Source: Candidatus Cloacimonadota bacterium (lineage in GTDB: Bacteria > Cloacimonadota > Cloacimonadia > G963667145). From it: DNA of 64,000 nt. This document shows positions 9,913-21,148 of this stretch, piece after piece (the first letter of the stretch is position 1; each line of letters starts with the position of its first letter). The notes under the pieces are model-generated. The model made no database searches. It saw only the letters and a list, made by a program, of their open reading frames with translations, and had not been told where the DNA came from. A program made the translations under genes and the position numbers. The stretch is taken from positions 1,248,001 through 1,312,000 of the forward strand of contig OY762940.1 of the NCBI GenBank assembly GCA_963667255.1. Direction: 5' to 3'.

Positions 9913-10946
9913 AGGATAATCATGGCATCGCCGTAACTGAAAAATCTATACCCATCATCAACAGCCTTTTTATACGCATTCATTGTGTTTTGATACCCTG
10001 CAAATCCAGCAACCATCATAATCAGCGTAGATTCTGGCAGATGAAAATTGGTAATCATCCCGTCAATTATGTTAAACTTTTCCCCGGGATACAGGAAAAT
10101 ATCTGTCTCTTTTTCTCCGTGAGCAACAAACTCTCTTGGGTCAAAAAAGCTCTCCAAAGTTCTGACAGAAGTAGAACCAACAGCAATAATGCGATTTCCT
10201 TTGCTCTTCGTTTCCCTAATAAGCGTTGCCGTTTCTTCGCTAACCCTGCAAAACTCTTTATGCATTTTGTGATTTAAAATGTTTGGTGTATTTACCGGCA
10301 AAAAAGTTCCAAGTCCAACATGCAAAGTCACAAAAGTTTTTTTAACACCTTTACTTTCCAGTTTGTTGAGCAGCTCTTCCGTAAAATGCAAACCTGCCGT
10401 AGGAGCAGCTACAGAACCATCCTCTTTGGCATAAATCGTTTGATATCGCTGCTTATCCGCCTCGACTGCATCTCGCTTAATATAAGGAGGCAACGGCATT
10501 TTGCCGATTTTCTCTATCCAATATTTAACAGTATTCCCATCGGGAGAATACAGTTTAATGACATTAGTTTGTCCGTTCTTGCTGATGACTTCGGCTTTCA
10601 AATCAAACCCAAGATTTATTATAGAGCCTATTTTTAATCTCGAAGCTGGTCTCAACAAACATTGCCAAGTATTGTTTCCCAGCTCCTTGAGCAAAAATAT
10701 CTCAATCTTGGCACCGGTAGTTTTATGCCCAAAAAGCCTTGCCGGAATTACTTTGGTTTGGTTTAAAACGAGTAAATCGCCAGAATGCAGAAAATCAATA
10801 ACTTCGGGGAAAATACAATTTGTGCACTTTCCGGTGTCTCTTTGCATATGCATCAACCTGCAACTTCCTCTATTTTGTGGGGGATTTTGAGCAATTTGAT
10901 TTTCCGGAAGATTGAAAAAATAGTCTTTTGTATTCAAAAAATTCAA
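9909..10946 (-). CDS. queA: SAM:tRNA ribosyltransferase-isomerase
   Basis: PLPPYI, YQT, AAPTAGLHF, TLHVG.GTF, TNFHLP, YRFFSYGDAM. Confidence 0.97.
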   Translation of the reverse strand: MNFLNTKDYFFNLPENQIAQNPPQNRGSCRLMHMQRDTGKCTNCIFPEVIDFLHSGDLLVLNQTKVIPARLFGHKTTGAKIEIFLLKELGNNTWQCLLRPASRLKIGSIINLGFDLKAEVISKNGQTNVIKLYSPDGNTVKYWIEKIGKMPLPPYIKRDAVEADKQRYQTIYAKEDGSVAAPTAGLHFTEELLNKLESKGVKKTFVTLHVGLGTFLPVNTPNILNHKMHKEFCRVSEETATLIRETKSKGNRIIAVGSTSVRTLESFFDPREFVAHGEKETDIFLYPGEKFNIIDGMITNFHLPESTLIMMVAGFAGYQNTMNAYKKAVDDGYRFFSYGDAMIIL

Positions 10947-11716
10947 TTTCTGTCCAGTTTTCTTAAAACAGCTTTAAACTTGCCGAATAGAAATTTGCTC
11001 TCAAGCAAAATCGGGATTTTCTCTTCATCAGCAGTCAAATATATCACAATCTTGCCCTCGTTTTTAAATAATGCGTTATCAGCCAAAATAGGTCGTATCT
11101 TATAGCACTCTATTTTTTTGTCGAACAAAGGAGAGTAAACTTTCTCTTTGCCCATAAACAGCACTTTAGCAAAATAGTTGTCGCCGTCCGCTGTAACATT
11201 TATGTAAAAAGGCTCTTTCTTTTTGGTGAACTCATCCAAATCTTTTAATCGCGTTAAATAGAAGGCGGACAAAATATCCAAGGTATTTTCGGGTATTTTC
11301 ATCACGGATTTTATATATTTTCCCTCTTCAAAATCGTATTTTTCGTAAAAACTTAAGAGTTTATTGTGGAAATAGTAATGAACCCGCTTTTGCCTGTAAC
11401 TACCTTCTTTAAGGTCTTTGCTAAATTTGAGCGACAATAAACTTTCTTGGCTCCAAATCGAGGTAATGGTGTCTCTGACTTTGTAAAAAGCGTCAAAAAA
11501 AGAGTTCGATTTAGCCGAAGATTCTATCTTATAAACCGCAACCGGCTCGTCCTGAATTAACTGCTCACAATAAACATCTTTCGTAATGCTGAGAGTAGCT
11601 TCTCCAGCAGTGATAAATCCGTATTCCAAGGAGAATGTTAGCTTTTCAGGAGTTTCAAAAGAAAAAATACTACCAAAAACCAAAATTTCCAGTAGTATTA
11701 GTGTTAATTTTTTCAT
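10943..11716 (-). CDS. DUF3108-like exported protein
   Basis: Signal peptide; E.L.F...YGFI.AGEA, FYKVRD, D.LSAFY..R, IP....K...G pattern. Confidence 0.7.
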   Translation of the reverse strand: MKKLTLILLEILVFGSIFSFETPEKLTFSLEYGFITAGEATLSITKDVYCEQLIQDEPVAVYKIESSAKSNSFFDAFYKVRDTITSIWSQESLLSLKFSKDLKEGSYRQKRVHYYFHNKLLSFYEKYDFEEGKYIKSVMKIPENTLDILSAFYLTRLKDLDEFTKKKEPFYINVTADGDNYFAKVLFMGKEKVYSPLFDKKIECYKIRPILADNALFKNEGKIVIYLTADEEKIPILLESKFLFGKFKAVLRKLDRN

Positions 11717-11760
11717 AAAAATACTCCTCAGAAATAATATTTCCGAGGAGAAGTTAAATT

Positions 11761-11856
11761 TTATCTATTCTTCTTTTTATGTCTATCTTTACGAAGTCTT
11801 TTCTTTCTTTTATGTGTGCTTATTTTGTTCTTTTTCCGTTTTCTTCCACAAGGCAT
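11761..11856 (-). CDS. Small basic ribosomal protein bS22/mS38 (AURKAIP1/COX24 domain), 31 aa
   Basis: Not in the ORF track. SD AGGAG, ATG 11856, TAA 11761; MPCGRKRKKNKISTHKRKKRLRKDRHKKKNR matches the family pattern MP.G.KRK..K..THKRKKRLRK.RHKKK. Confidence 0.85.
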   Translation of the reverse strand: MPCGRKRKKNKISTHKRKKRLRKDRHKKKNR

Positions 11857-11871
11857 CTATCTACTCCTAAA

Positions 11872-12159
11872 CTAAGATTTATTACTTTTTATCACATCGT
11901 CTTTGAACGACTTGGAAAATTTAAAAGTAGGCACAACACGAGCAGGAATATCAACTTCCACACCAGTTTTAGGATTTCTGCCTATACCTGACTTGCGAAT
12001 CTTATTTTTAAAAGTTCCAAATCCTCTAATTTCAATATGGCTACCTTCTTTTAAACTCTCGATAGTTGACTCCAAAAATGCATCAACAACAATCGCTACA
12101 TCTTTTCTTATTATTCCAGTATCTCTAGAAATTTTTTGAACTAAATTTGCTTTCGTCAT
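11872..12159 (-). CDS. HU/IHF family DNA-binding protein
   Basis: MTKANLV, IRGFGTF, GRNPKTG, PTFK. Confidence 0.95.
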   Translation of the reverse strand: MTKANLVQKISRDTGIIRKDVAIVVDAFLESTIESLKEGSHIEIRGFGTFKNKIRKSGIGRNPKTGVEVDIPARVVPTFKFSKSFKDDVIKSNKS

Positions 12160-12279
12160 AATTTCTTCCTTTATCTAATTTCTTTCATCTCAACTTTTTA
12201 TCCACCTAACTTTTGTCAAGACAAAAAAAACAACTAACTAATATATTAACAAAATGTTAAACAGGAAATCACAAATTTC

Positions 12280-12313
12280 AAAAAATGGTGACCTTCTGTC
12301 AAGACCACCATTT
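12280..12313 (-). terminator. Intrinsic terminator after the ptb-like gene
   Basis: AAAUGGUGGUC...GGUCACCAUUU stem followed by U-run on the minus strand. Confidence 0.7.
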
Positions 12314-12323
12314 CCAACTATTT

Positions 12324-13232
12324 TTACCCCAAAAATGTAGCCAAAGCTATAGAAAACAGCTTGGTTTGGGTGCTATCGCCTCTCGAAGCCAAGATACAAG
12401 GAACGCTTGTTCCCATTACCACGGCAGCAAATTTGCTTTCTGTAAACCTGGAAATTGTCTTATAAAAAACATTCCCTGCTTCTATGGCGTTGAAAAGCAA
12501 ACAATCCGCATCGCCGGCAACTTCGGATTTTACTCCTTTAATCTCGGCACACTCTTTGCTCACAGCCACATCCAATGCCAAAGGTCCATCGATGATGCAA
12601 TTTTTTATTTGTCCTCTGTCAGCCATTTTTGAGAGCATCGCAGCCTCCACACAAGAAGGGATTTTGTGTTGCATCTTTTCAATCGCGGTAATAGGAGCAA
12701 TCTTTGGTTTTGCTACACCGAGAGCCCGTGCAAACTTTGCCAAATAGTTCGCAATCGCCACTTTTTGCTCAAAAGTCGGAGCAGGCAAAACCGCACCATC
12801 GGAAAACATCAGAAGTTTGTGATAAGAAGGATTGTCAACGATACCAATATGCGAAAGAACAGATTTGGGAGGCAACAATCCCTTTTCTTTGTTCAAAAGA
12901 GCCCTAAGGTAGTTGTCTGAGGAAATAAGTCCCTTCATTATTATATCGCCTTTACCTTCTCTTATCAGCGAAACAGCTTTTTCTCCGGCAGGAATTTCTT
13001 CAGGCTCGTCCACTATTGTAAAAATCGAAGAGTCGATTTTCTCCTTTTGGCAAACCTCAATAATTTTGTTTTTATCTCCAACTAAAGTAACTTCCACAAT
13101 TCCTAAAGCGATAGCTTTACTGGTGGCTTCTATGGAATGTGAATCTTGCCCAAAAGCAACAACCAGTCTTTTTTTTGTGGTCGCTTTCGCAGCCTCTTCT
13201 AGAGCCATATCCAAGCTTGTGATTTGTTTCAT
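12324..13232 (-). CDS. ptb: Phosphate butyryltransferase / phosphate acyltransferase (PTA_PTB family)
   Basis: IMKG, DGPLALD.A, GDAD.L....IEAGN..YK, LASR.DS. Confidence 0.85.
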   Translation of the reverse strand: MKQITSLDMALEEAAKATTKKRLVVAFGQDSHSIEATSKAIALGIVEVTLVGDKNKIIEVCQKEKIDSSIFTIVDEPEEIPAGEKAVSLIREGKGDIIMKGLISSDNYLRALLNKEKGLLPPKSVLSHIGIVDNPSYHKLLMFSDGAVLPAPTFEQKVAIANYLAKFARALGVAKPKIAPITAIEKMQHKIPSCVEAAMLSKMADRGQIKNCIIDGPLALDVAVSKECAEIKGVKSEVAGDADCLLFNAIEAGNVFYKTISRFTESKFAAVVMGTSVPCILASRGDSTQTKLFSIALATFLG

Positions 13233-13296
13233 CTCTACTCCTTAATAGATATCAAATTTGCAAGCAATAAAAAAAACCGATTTGCAAATGTCAAAT

Positions 13297-13329
13297 AAAA
13301 AAGCCGACAGAAAAATTAATTCTGTCGGC
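13297..13329 (-). terminator. Intrinsic terminator after oadB
   Basis: GCCGACAGAA/TTCTGTCGGC 10-bp stem plus U6. Confidence 0.85.
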
Positions 13330-13350
13330 ATAAATTTACTAATTTCAAAT

Positions 13351-14583
13351 TTACTTAATCAGAGCAAGCAATACACCAGCTGCAACAGCTGAACCGATAA
13401 CTCCTGCAACATTAGGTCCCATAGCGTGCATCAGCAAGAAGTTTGAACGATTTTCCGCTTGTCCAACTTTGTTCACCACACGAGCAGCCATAGGCACGGC
13501 AGAAACGCCGGCAGCACCAATGAGAGGATTTACCTTGCCACCACTCATTTTGCACATAACTTTACCGAACAAAACACCAGCGGTAGTTCCCACGATAAAT
13601 GCTATCAAGCCGAGAATCAAAATTCCAATTGTGTTGAAATTGAGAAAATTCTCAGCTGCCAACTTACTACCAACACCAAGTCCCAAGAAGATGGTAACGA
13701 TGTTCATCAACTCGTTTTGAGCAGCCTTACTCAATCTGTCCACAACTCCGCACTCTTTCAACAAGTTACCAAAAGCAACCATACCGATGAGCGGTGTAGC
13801 TGATGGCAAGAATAAAGCACAGAGAGAGAGCAAAATAAGAGGGAACAGGATTTTTTCCAGCTTCTTAACAGGTCTCAAAGTTTCCATCTTAATCATTCTT
13901 TCCTCTTTGGTGGTAAAGAATTTCATAATAGGCGGTTGAATAATCGGAACCAAAGCCATATAGGAGTAAGCCGCAACAGCTATCGGACCAAGAAGGTCAG
14001 GTTTCAATCTGGATGTAACGAAGATTGATGTAGGACCATCCGCACCACCAATGATGCCGATAGAGCCAGCAGCAGCCAAATCAAATCCATCAAATCCTAT
14101 AGAAGGGATAGCCGGCAAAAGCAAAGCACCCAATAAAGCAAAAAAAATACCGAATTGAGCGGCTGCACCCAAAAGCAAAGTTTTGGGGTTAGCAATCAGC
14201 GGACCAAAGTCGGTCATAGCACCAATCCCCATAAAAATCAACAGCGGGAAAACACCTGTTTTGATACCAACAGCATAAACATAATGTAAAATCCCCTCAG
14301 CTTCGTTAAATCCCGCAAAAGGGATGTTCGAGAGAATTGCTCCAAAAGCCATCGGAACCAAGATAAGAGGTTCAAAACCTTTTTTGATGCCAAGGTAAAG
14401 CAAAACAAAGCCAACCAAAATCATCACAAAGTTTTTCCAACCAGAATTTACAAGAAATCCTCTTAAGCCGGAACCTTCGTATAAATCGATGAATCCTCTC
14501 CCTACTGAGATACCTTCATTTGCCAAAAGCGTTGAACAAGTGAGCATCAATGCCAAGGCAATAACTAATTTTTTTAATTTCAT
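13351..14583 (-). CDS. oadB: Na+-translocating decarboxylase beta subunit
   Basis: [54 protein letters not shown]. Confidence 0.96.
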   Translation of the reverse strand: MKLKKLVIALALMLTCSTLLANEGISVGRGFIDLYEGSGLRGFLVNSGWKNFVMILVGFVLLYLGIKKGFEPLILVPMAFGAILSNIPFAGFNEAEGILHYVYAVGIKTGVFPLLIFMGIGAMTDFGPLIANPKTLLLGAAAQFGIFFALLGALLLPAIPSIGFDGFDLAAAGSIGIIGGADGPTSIFVTSRLKPDLLGPIAVAAYSYMALVPIIQPPIMKFFTTKEERMIKMETLRPVKKLEKILFPLILLSLCALFLPSATPLIGMVAFGNLLKECGVVDRLSKAAQNELMNIVTIFLGLGVGSKLAAENFLNFNTIGILILGLIAFIVGTTAGVLFGKVMCKMSGGKVNPLIGAAGVSAVPMAARVVNKVGQAENRSNFLLMHAMGPNVAGVIGSAVAAGVLLALIK

Positions 14584-14605
14584 AAGCCAAAATCCTAAAA
14601 ATAAT

Positions 14606-16459
14606 TTAATCTATTACAAACAGAGGATCGCCTTCGGCTACAGTATCTCCTTGCTTAACCAAAATTTCTTTGATAGTTCCTGCTCTTTCAGCAAAAATAT
14701 CGTTTTCCATTTTCATAGCTTCCAACACCAATACAACAGTATCAGCAGAAACACTATCACCAACCGAAGCGTTAATTGACGCAATTTGTCCAGCGATAGG
14801 TGAAGTTACACTTCCGGCAACAGCACCGGCAGCAGGTTTAGCAACTGGAGCAGCAGCTACAGGGGCAACTTTTTTCGCAACGACATTAGGTACAGATTTT
14901 GTCACAGGAGAAGCAGATTTTACAATCGGTGCTCCACCTTCAGATTTAACGGTTACTTTATAGTCTTTACCGTTTACAGTCACAATTAAGTTTTCAGACA
15001 TCTTAACTCCTTTTAATACACTTTCATTTTTATTTATTTTTTCTTTAATTTCTTCGTCTTTAATATAATAAATTGCCTCTTTGGCTTCTCCCTTCAGAAA
15101 AGCAATACCTTTCTCTTTGCAAGTAGCGGCGATGAAAATATTTTCATCATTGACACTAAGCCCATTATCTTTCAGGACTTTCTTAGCCAAAGGAACACCA
15201 TCTTCCAAAATATCCAAAGGATTGTTTCCTTCAAAAGGTTTCTTTCCGAGTTGCTTTTCAGCAAGAGCAACGATTTCAGCATCAGCAGGTCTGGGGGTTT
15301 TGCCGAAGTAACCAAGAACCATATTCCCATAGCCATCTGTAATTTTCTTCCATCTACCTTGCACTACATTTGTGAACGCTTGTTGAAAATAGAACTGACT
15401 AACGGGAGTTACACTGGTCCCAAAACCACCCTTGGCAACCACCTCCGACATCTCCTCAATCACTTGAGGGAAAAGATGCAAGGTGTTTGTATCACGCATC
15501 ATCATAGTGTTGGCAGTGAGAGCTCCGCCCGGCATAGGCGACAAAACAATATTAGCCGCAGTCTGCTTAGCCTCCAAAGGCATCATATACTTTTTCATGC
15601 AATCTTCAAAGACTTTACGAGATTGCAAAAGCTTTTTATAATCGATGTCCAAGGTGTAATCAGTGCCTTTCAGAATATGCCAAATAGACAAAATATCTGG
15701 CTGACCAGTTCCGCCGGAAACAGGAGATTGAGCCAAATCTATGCCGTCAATTCCAGCTTCAATAGCAGCCATTATACAGTTAGCACCTATCCCCGCCGTA
15801 GCATGAGTATGAAACCACAAAGTTGCTTTGTCTCCCAGTTTTTTCCTTGCTTTAGCTACAGTTTCATAAACTATCTTGGGGGGACAAGTTCCCGATGCAT
15901 CCTTGAAAACCAAAGAATCAAACGGAATCTTTTTATTCAAAATATCATCAAGTTTTTCCATATAGAAATCGGCTGTATGCACTCCTGAATCTATCAATCC
16001 AGGAGCAAGCCCCATAAGAGCAATAGAAATCTGATGATGCAGTCCCTCTTTGGAAATGCAATTACCTGAATAATTGAGATTTTCTATGTCGTTCAAAGCA
16101 TCAAAATTTCTAATATGGGTTGTGCCGTGCTTTTTAAAAAGCTTCGCATGCATCTTGATAATATCTTTCGGTTGCTGAGAGAGCCCGACAACATTGATAC
16201 CTCTAGCCAAAGTTTGCAGTTTAACTTTTTTCCCCACAGCATCGCGAACTTTATCCATCATATCAAAAGCGTTCTCATTACAATAAAAGAACAAACTTTG
16301 GAAACGAGCTCCGCCTCCAAACTCAAAATGCTCTATACCCGCATCTACAGACGCTTTGACAGCTGGCAAAAAATCCTCGGTTTTTACACGAGCACCATAC
16401 ACAGATTGGAATCCATCCCGAAAGGATGTATCCATAAATTTAATCTTTTTCAAAGACAT
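14606..16459 (-). CDS. oadA: Oxaloacetate decarboxylase alpha / pyruvate carboxylase B-type carboxyltransferase with C-terminal biotin domain
   Basis: [33 protein letters not shown] metal motif, PGG, VTPVSQ, Ala/Pro linker, EAMKM biotin site. Confidence 0.9.
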   Translation of the reverse strand: MSLKKIKFMDTSFRDGFQSVYGARVKTEDFLPAVKASVDAGIEHFEFGGGARFQSLFFYCNENAFDMMDKVRDAVGKKVKLQTLARGINVVGLSQQPKDIIKMHAKLFKKHGTTHIRNFDALNDIENLNYSGNCISKEGLHHQISIALMGLAPGLIDSGVHTADFYMEKLDDILNKKIPFDSLVFKDASGTCPPKIVYETVAKARKKLGDKATLWFHTHATAGIGANCIMAAIEAGIDGIDLAQSPVSGGTGQPDILSIWHILKGTDYTLDIDYKKLLQSRKVFEDCMKKYMMPLEAKQTAANIVLSPMPGGALTANTMMMRDTNTLHLFPQVIEEMSEVVAKGGFGTSVTPVSQFYFQQAFTNVVQGRWKKITDGYGNMVLGYFGKTPRPADAEIVALAEKQLGKKPFEGNNPLDILEDGVPLAKKVLKDNGLSVNDENIFIAATCKEKGIAFLKGEAKEAIYYIKDEEIKEKINKNESVLKGVKMSENLIVTVNGKDYKVTVKSEGGAPIVKSASPVTKSVPNVVAKKVAPVAAAPVAKPAAGAVAGSVTSPIAGQIASINASVGDSVSADTVVLVLEAMKMENDIFAERAGTIKEILVKQGDTVAEGDPLFVID

Positions 16460-16475
16460 AACTTAAACTTCCCTA

Positions 16476-16694
16476 CTATCTTCGGCAAGCTACAGCAGCA
16501 CTAATAACGGCAATCAATTCATCATCTTGACTTGCGTTATTATTTCCTCCTGAACTCAAAGGTGCGGAAGCAAAACAAGACTGAAATTTCTGAATCAATG
16601 CAGAACTTGCAACCATCGATAAACAAATAACAACTAAAAACAGAAATACAATTCCTGTTCCCAATATCATAATATTAACACCATCTATAAACAT
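16476..16694 (-). CDS. oadG: Na+-translocating decarboxylase gamma subunit
   Basis: G.GIVFLFL TM helix, ELIAVISAAV motif, first gene of the G-A-B cluster. Confidence 0.88.
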   Translation of the reverse strand: MFIDGVNIMILGTGIVFLFLVVICLSMVASSALIQKFQSCFASAPLSSGGNNNASQDDELIAVISAAVACRR

Positions 16695-16825
16695 CTCTAC
16701 TCCTAAATATTTTTTTTCAGCATAACTTTTTTATGCCAAAAATGTTGTCAAACCTTTTTCGTTATATTTTAAACAATTATCTAATATATAAGTTATTGTG
16801 ATTTTTTTTGATTTTCCTAAATAAA

Positions 16826-17503
16826 TTATGCAAAGAAATAGCCGAGAATTCCGGCTAAAACAAGAGAAGGCAGCATATTTATTACGGGTATTTTTTTTAA
16901 CTCTAAAATGTTCAATCCCAACCCTAAAAGAATAACACCACCGACTGTCCCTATCAAATTGACAACCGAAATTGACAAGAAGTTGCCAAAAAACATCACC
17001 AATAAAGTCAATAATCCTTGAATTATAAAAATGGCAAACGAAGAAAAAATAACCCCTCTACCGAAAGATGCAGCCAAAAAAATCGAAGTTATTCCATCCA
17101 TTATCGATTTTGTAAAAAAGAGTGTCGGCGTTTTGCCACTACCCTCTTCCAATGCACCCAAGATTATCATGGAGCCAGTGCAAAATAGGAGAGTTGAAGC
17201 GATAAATCCCTCGGCAAAACTGTTTCCGTTTCCTCCGAATTTCTTTTGCAAAAATTCCGCAAATCTATTCAGATAGTCTTCCAATTTTAATAATTGCCCG
17301 ATGATTGAACCAAAAATCAGAGACAAAACCATAAGAATAATTTGCTCCACTTCCAACGCCATTTTTATTCCCAAGAAAACAACAAAAAGCCCGATAACTT
17401 GAAAAATGATTTCTGTCGATTTTTTGGGAAGTCTCGATTTTAGCAAAATTCCAAGAACAGACCCTACTAAAACAGTTGCGGTATTTACTATAGTTCCTAA
17501 CAT
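16826..17503 (-). CDS. DUF554 (YdfK/YqgA-like) membrane protein
   Basis: MLGTIVN, LFCTGSMIILG, KSIMDG, NMLPSL. Confidence 0.9.
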   Translation of the reverse strand: MLGTIVNTATVLVGSVLGILLKSRLPKKSTEIIFQVIGLFVVFLGIKMALEVEQIILMVLSLIFGSIIGQLLKLEDYLNRFAEFLQKKFGGNGNSFAEGFIASTLLFCTGSMIILGALEEGSGKTPTLFFTKSIMDGITSIFLAASFGRGVIFSSFAIFIIQGLLTLLVMFFGNFLSISVVNLIGTVGGVILLGLGLNILELKKIPVINMLPSLVLAGILGYFFA

Positions 17504-17515
17504 ATATCCTGCCTG

Positions 17516-18415
17516 TTATTTCTTATCCAAGCTAAGAGTTACAATCTTGTCCACCAGCGACTCAAAGCTCATCCCAATTGCATTGGCTGACATCGGCACT
17601 AGCGAAGTATCCGTCATCCCCGGTAGAGTATTTATTTCCAGAAAATAGAATTTTTCCCCATCATATCTAAAATCAATTCGGGAATAAACTTCTGCTCCGA
17701 CAGCTTTATAAACTAAAACTGCGAGCCGTTGGATTTCCTCAGTCTCTTCTTTCGTTATCTCAGCGGGAATTATATAGTCAGTAGAACCTTTGGTGTATTT
17801 ATTTTCAAAATCGAAAAATCCGTATTTTGGCTTTATCTCTATTACCGGCAAAGGTTCATCGTCCAAAATTGGAACTGTTAATTCTCTGCCCTTGATAAAC
17901 TCCTGACAAATCACGGAAGAGCTATATTGAAAAGCGGTTTTGAGAGCAGGTAAAAATTGGTTTTCGCTTTCAACCACAGTTATTCCTACAGAAGAACCTG
18001 CATCGTTGGGTTTGACCACTATTGGATATTTCCCTTCCCAATTCTCGCTTTCACTGTGAAAAATTTTCCCTTCTATTATAGGCACGCCATAGTATCCGAC
18101 CAAGCGTTCACAAAGATATTTATCCATAGCAACAGCACACGCTTTGGAATCTGAACCCGTATATGGTATCTTCTCCAACTCCAATAAGCCCTGCAGTAAG
18201 CCGTTTTCTCCCTCTCCACCGTGCAAAGCGTTAAAAACCAAATCAGCATTAAATTTCTTAATCTCGTTAATCAACTCAAAATACGAATATTCGGAAGGGT
18301 CTATTAAAGAAGTTTCGTGGTTAAGTGCTTGCAACGCCGTATTAATAGCTTTGCCACTCTTGTAAGAAACCTCTCTTTCGGACGACCTACCTTTATACAA
18401 AATTGCTATTTTCAC
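17516..18415 (-). CDS. ddl: D-alanine--D-alanine ligase
   Basis: S.EREVS..SG, ALHGG.GE.G, GSSVG, LEINTLPGMT. Confidence 0.96.
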   Translation of the reverse strand: MKIAILYKGRSSEREVSYKSGKAINTALQALNHETSLIDPSEYSYFELINEIKKFNADLVFNALHGGEGENGLLQGLLELEKIPYTGSDSKACAVAMDKYLCERLVGYYGVPIIEGKIFHSESENWEGKYPIVVKPNDAGSSVGITVVESENQFLPALKTAFQYSSSVICQEFIKGRELTVPILDDEPLPVIEIKPKYGFFDFENKYTKGSTDYIIPAEITKEETEEIQRLAVLVYKAVGAEVYSRIDFRYDGEKFYFLEINTLPGMTDTSLVPMSANAIGMSFESLVDKIVTLSLDKK

Positions 18416-18499
18416 CTTTTCTCCAATAAATTTAACTAATTCTCATCTTCGGGTGCAATTTTTATTTGCAAATAAAATAAGTAAACCTTTAAAACAAAC

Positions 18500-18530
18500 A
18501 AAAAAGGCGAATTTAATTAAATCCGCCCTT
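18500..18530 (-). terminator. Intrinsic terminator after groEL
   Basis: GGGCGGAUUU...AAAUUCGCCU stem plus U-run. Confidence 0.75.
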
Positions 18531-18551
18531 TATATTCTTTGCTAAATTATA

Positions 18552-20207
<1,656 letters not shown>

Positions 20208-20220
20208 CTAAAATTTGTTT

Positions 20221-20247
20221 TTAGCAATCTAAATGATATAGTGCTAA
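20221..20247 (-). promoter_or_regulatory. CIRCE element (HrcA operator)
   Basis: Minus strand TTAGCACTA-N9-GATTGCTAA versus consensus TTAGCACTC-N9-GAGTGCTAA; lies between TTGACA (20268-20273) and the groEL SD. Confidence 0.85.
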
Positions 20248-20290
20248 TTTTTTTATCTAATAAATGCTGTCAAATAATTTCTCACAAAAC

Positions 20291-20330
20291 AAAACATCTG
20301 CTCCAAAATTTCTTTTAGAACAGATGTTTT
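20291..20330 (-). terminator. Probable terminator after the tRNA pair
   Basis: AAAACATCTG...CAGATGTTTT inverted repeat. Confidence 0.65.
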
Positions 20331-20345
20331 ATATATTCAAAAAAA

Positions 20346-20421
20346 TGGTACTCCCGTAGGGATTCGAACCCTAGACCCACTGATTAAGAGTCAGTTGCTC
20401 TACCAACTGAGCTACGGAAGT
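20346..20421 (-). tRNA. tRNA-Lys (anticodon CTT)
   Basis: ACTTCCGTAGCTCAGTTGGTAGAGCAACTGACT-CTT-AATCAGTGGGTCTAGGGTTCGAATCCCTACGGGAGTACCA; full cloverleaf, encoded CCA. Confidence 0.95.
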
Positions 20422-20428
20422 ATAAATA

Positions 20429-20503
20429 TGGCATCCCGTAGGGGAGTCGAACCCCTGTTGCCAGAATGAGAATCTGGAGTCCTAACCACTAGACGAACGG
20501 GAC
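20429..20503 (-). tRNA. tRNA-Glu (anticodon CTC)
   Basis: GTCCCGTTCGTCTAGTGGTTAGGACTCCAGATT-CTC-ATTCTGGCAACAGGGGTTCGACTCCCCTACGGGATGCCA. Confidence 0.95.
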
Positions 20504-20555
20504 AATCTAAAATTTTGTGCTCAATATTTTTGCAAACGATTTTGTGTCAAATCTT

Positions 20556-21107
20556 TTATTGCAACCTTAAAAGAGAACCGGCTTTAATAAAGTTTTTATC
20601 TCCAATATTGTTCAACTCAACCAAGCTTTCTTGAGTCTTAGCTGTTTCTTTAGCAATAGTGGAAAGATTGTCGCCAAGGTCAACTTTGTAAAAATTGCCA
20701 CTACTAACGGGCTTTACTTTGCTTGCCGGTATTTTCAATTCCATTCCTGCAGGGACAATATTCGGATTTTCAATTCCGTTCATCTCTGCAAGTTGCCAAA
20801 CATAAACATCGTATTTTTTGAAACACAAATCGTATAGACACTCACCCGAATTAATACGATAAACACCTTCACTTTGCACTGGCTCAGGTGCTTGAACCAC
20901 TTCAGCCTCTGCCAATTGCTCTTGCTCTTCCACTGGTGTTACACTCACCACTTCTACTTGTTGCTCTTTTTGGTCTTGTGCCACCTCCACAACTACTTCT
21001 TCCTTAGTATTATCAACAGTCGAAACTGGGGTAGCATCAATTGGCTTTTTTGCTGCACAACCAATTATTATCAAAAAAGCAACCAACAAAACTAAAAATT
21101 TTTTCAT
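20556..21107 (-). CDS. LysM-domain lipoprotein (2 LysM)
   Basis: SD GGAGG, MKKFL...IIGC lipobox, low-complexity linker, two LysM repeats (NGIENPNIV.AG.EL.IP; GDNLSTIA...NNI...NFI.AG..L.L). Confidence 0.85.
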   Translation of the reverse strand: MKKFLVLLVAFLIIIGCAAKKPIDATPVSTVDNTKEEVVVEVAQDQKEQQVEVVSVTPVEEQEQLAEAEVVQAPEPVQSEGVYRINSGECLYDLCFKKYDVYVWQLAEMNGIENPNIVPAGMELKIPASKVKPVSSGNFYKVDLGDNLSTIAKETAKTQESLVELNNIGDKNFIKAGSLLRLQ

Positions 21108-21148
21108 CTTTTCCTCCACTCTAATTTTTCTTATTTCCCATTACTTAA

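Noticed and set aside
14780..14950. Ala/Pro/Val-rich repeats in oadA and the GGM repeats at the groEL C-terminus
   Set aside because: Expected flexible linker and tail of these families
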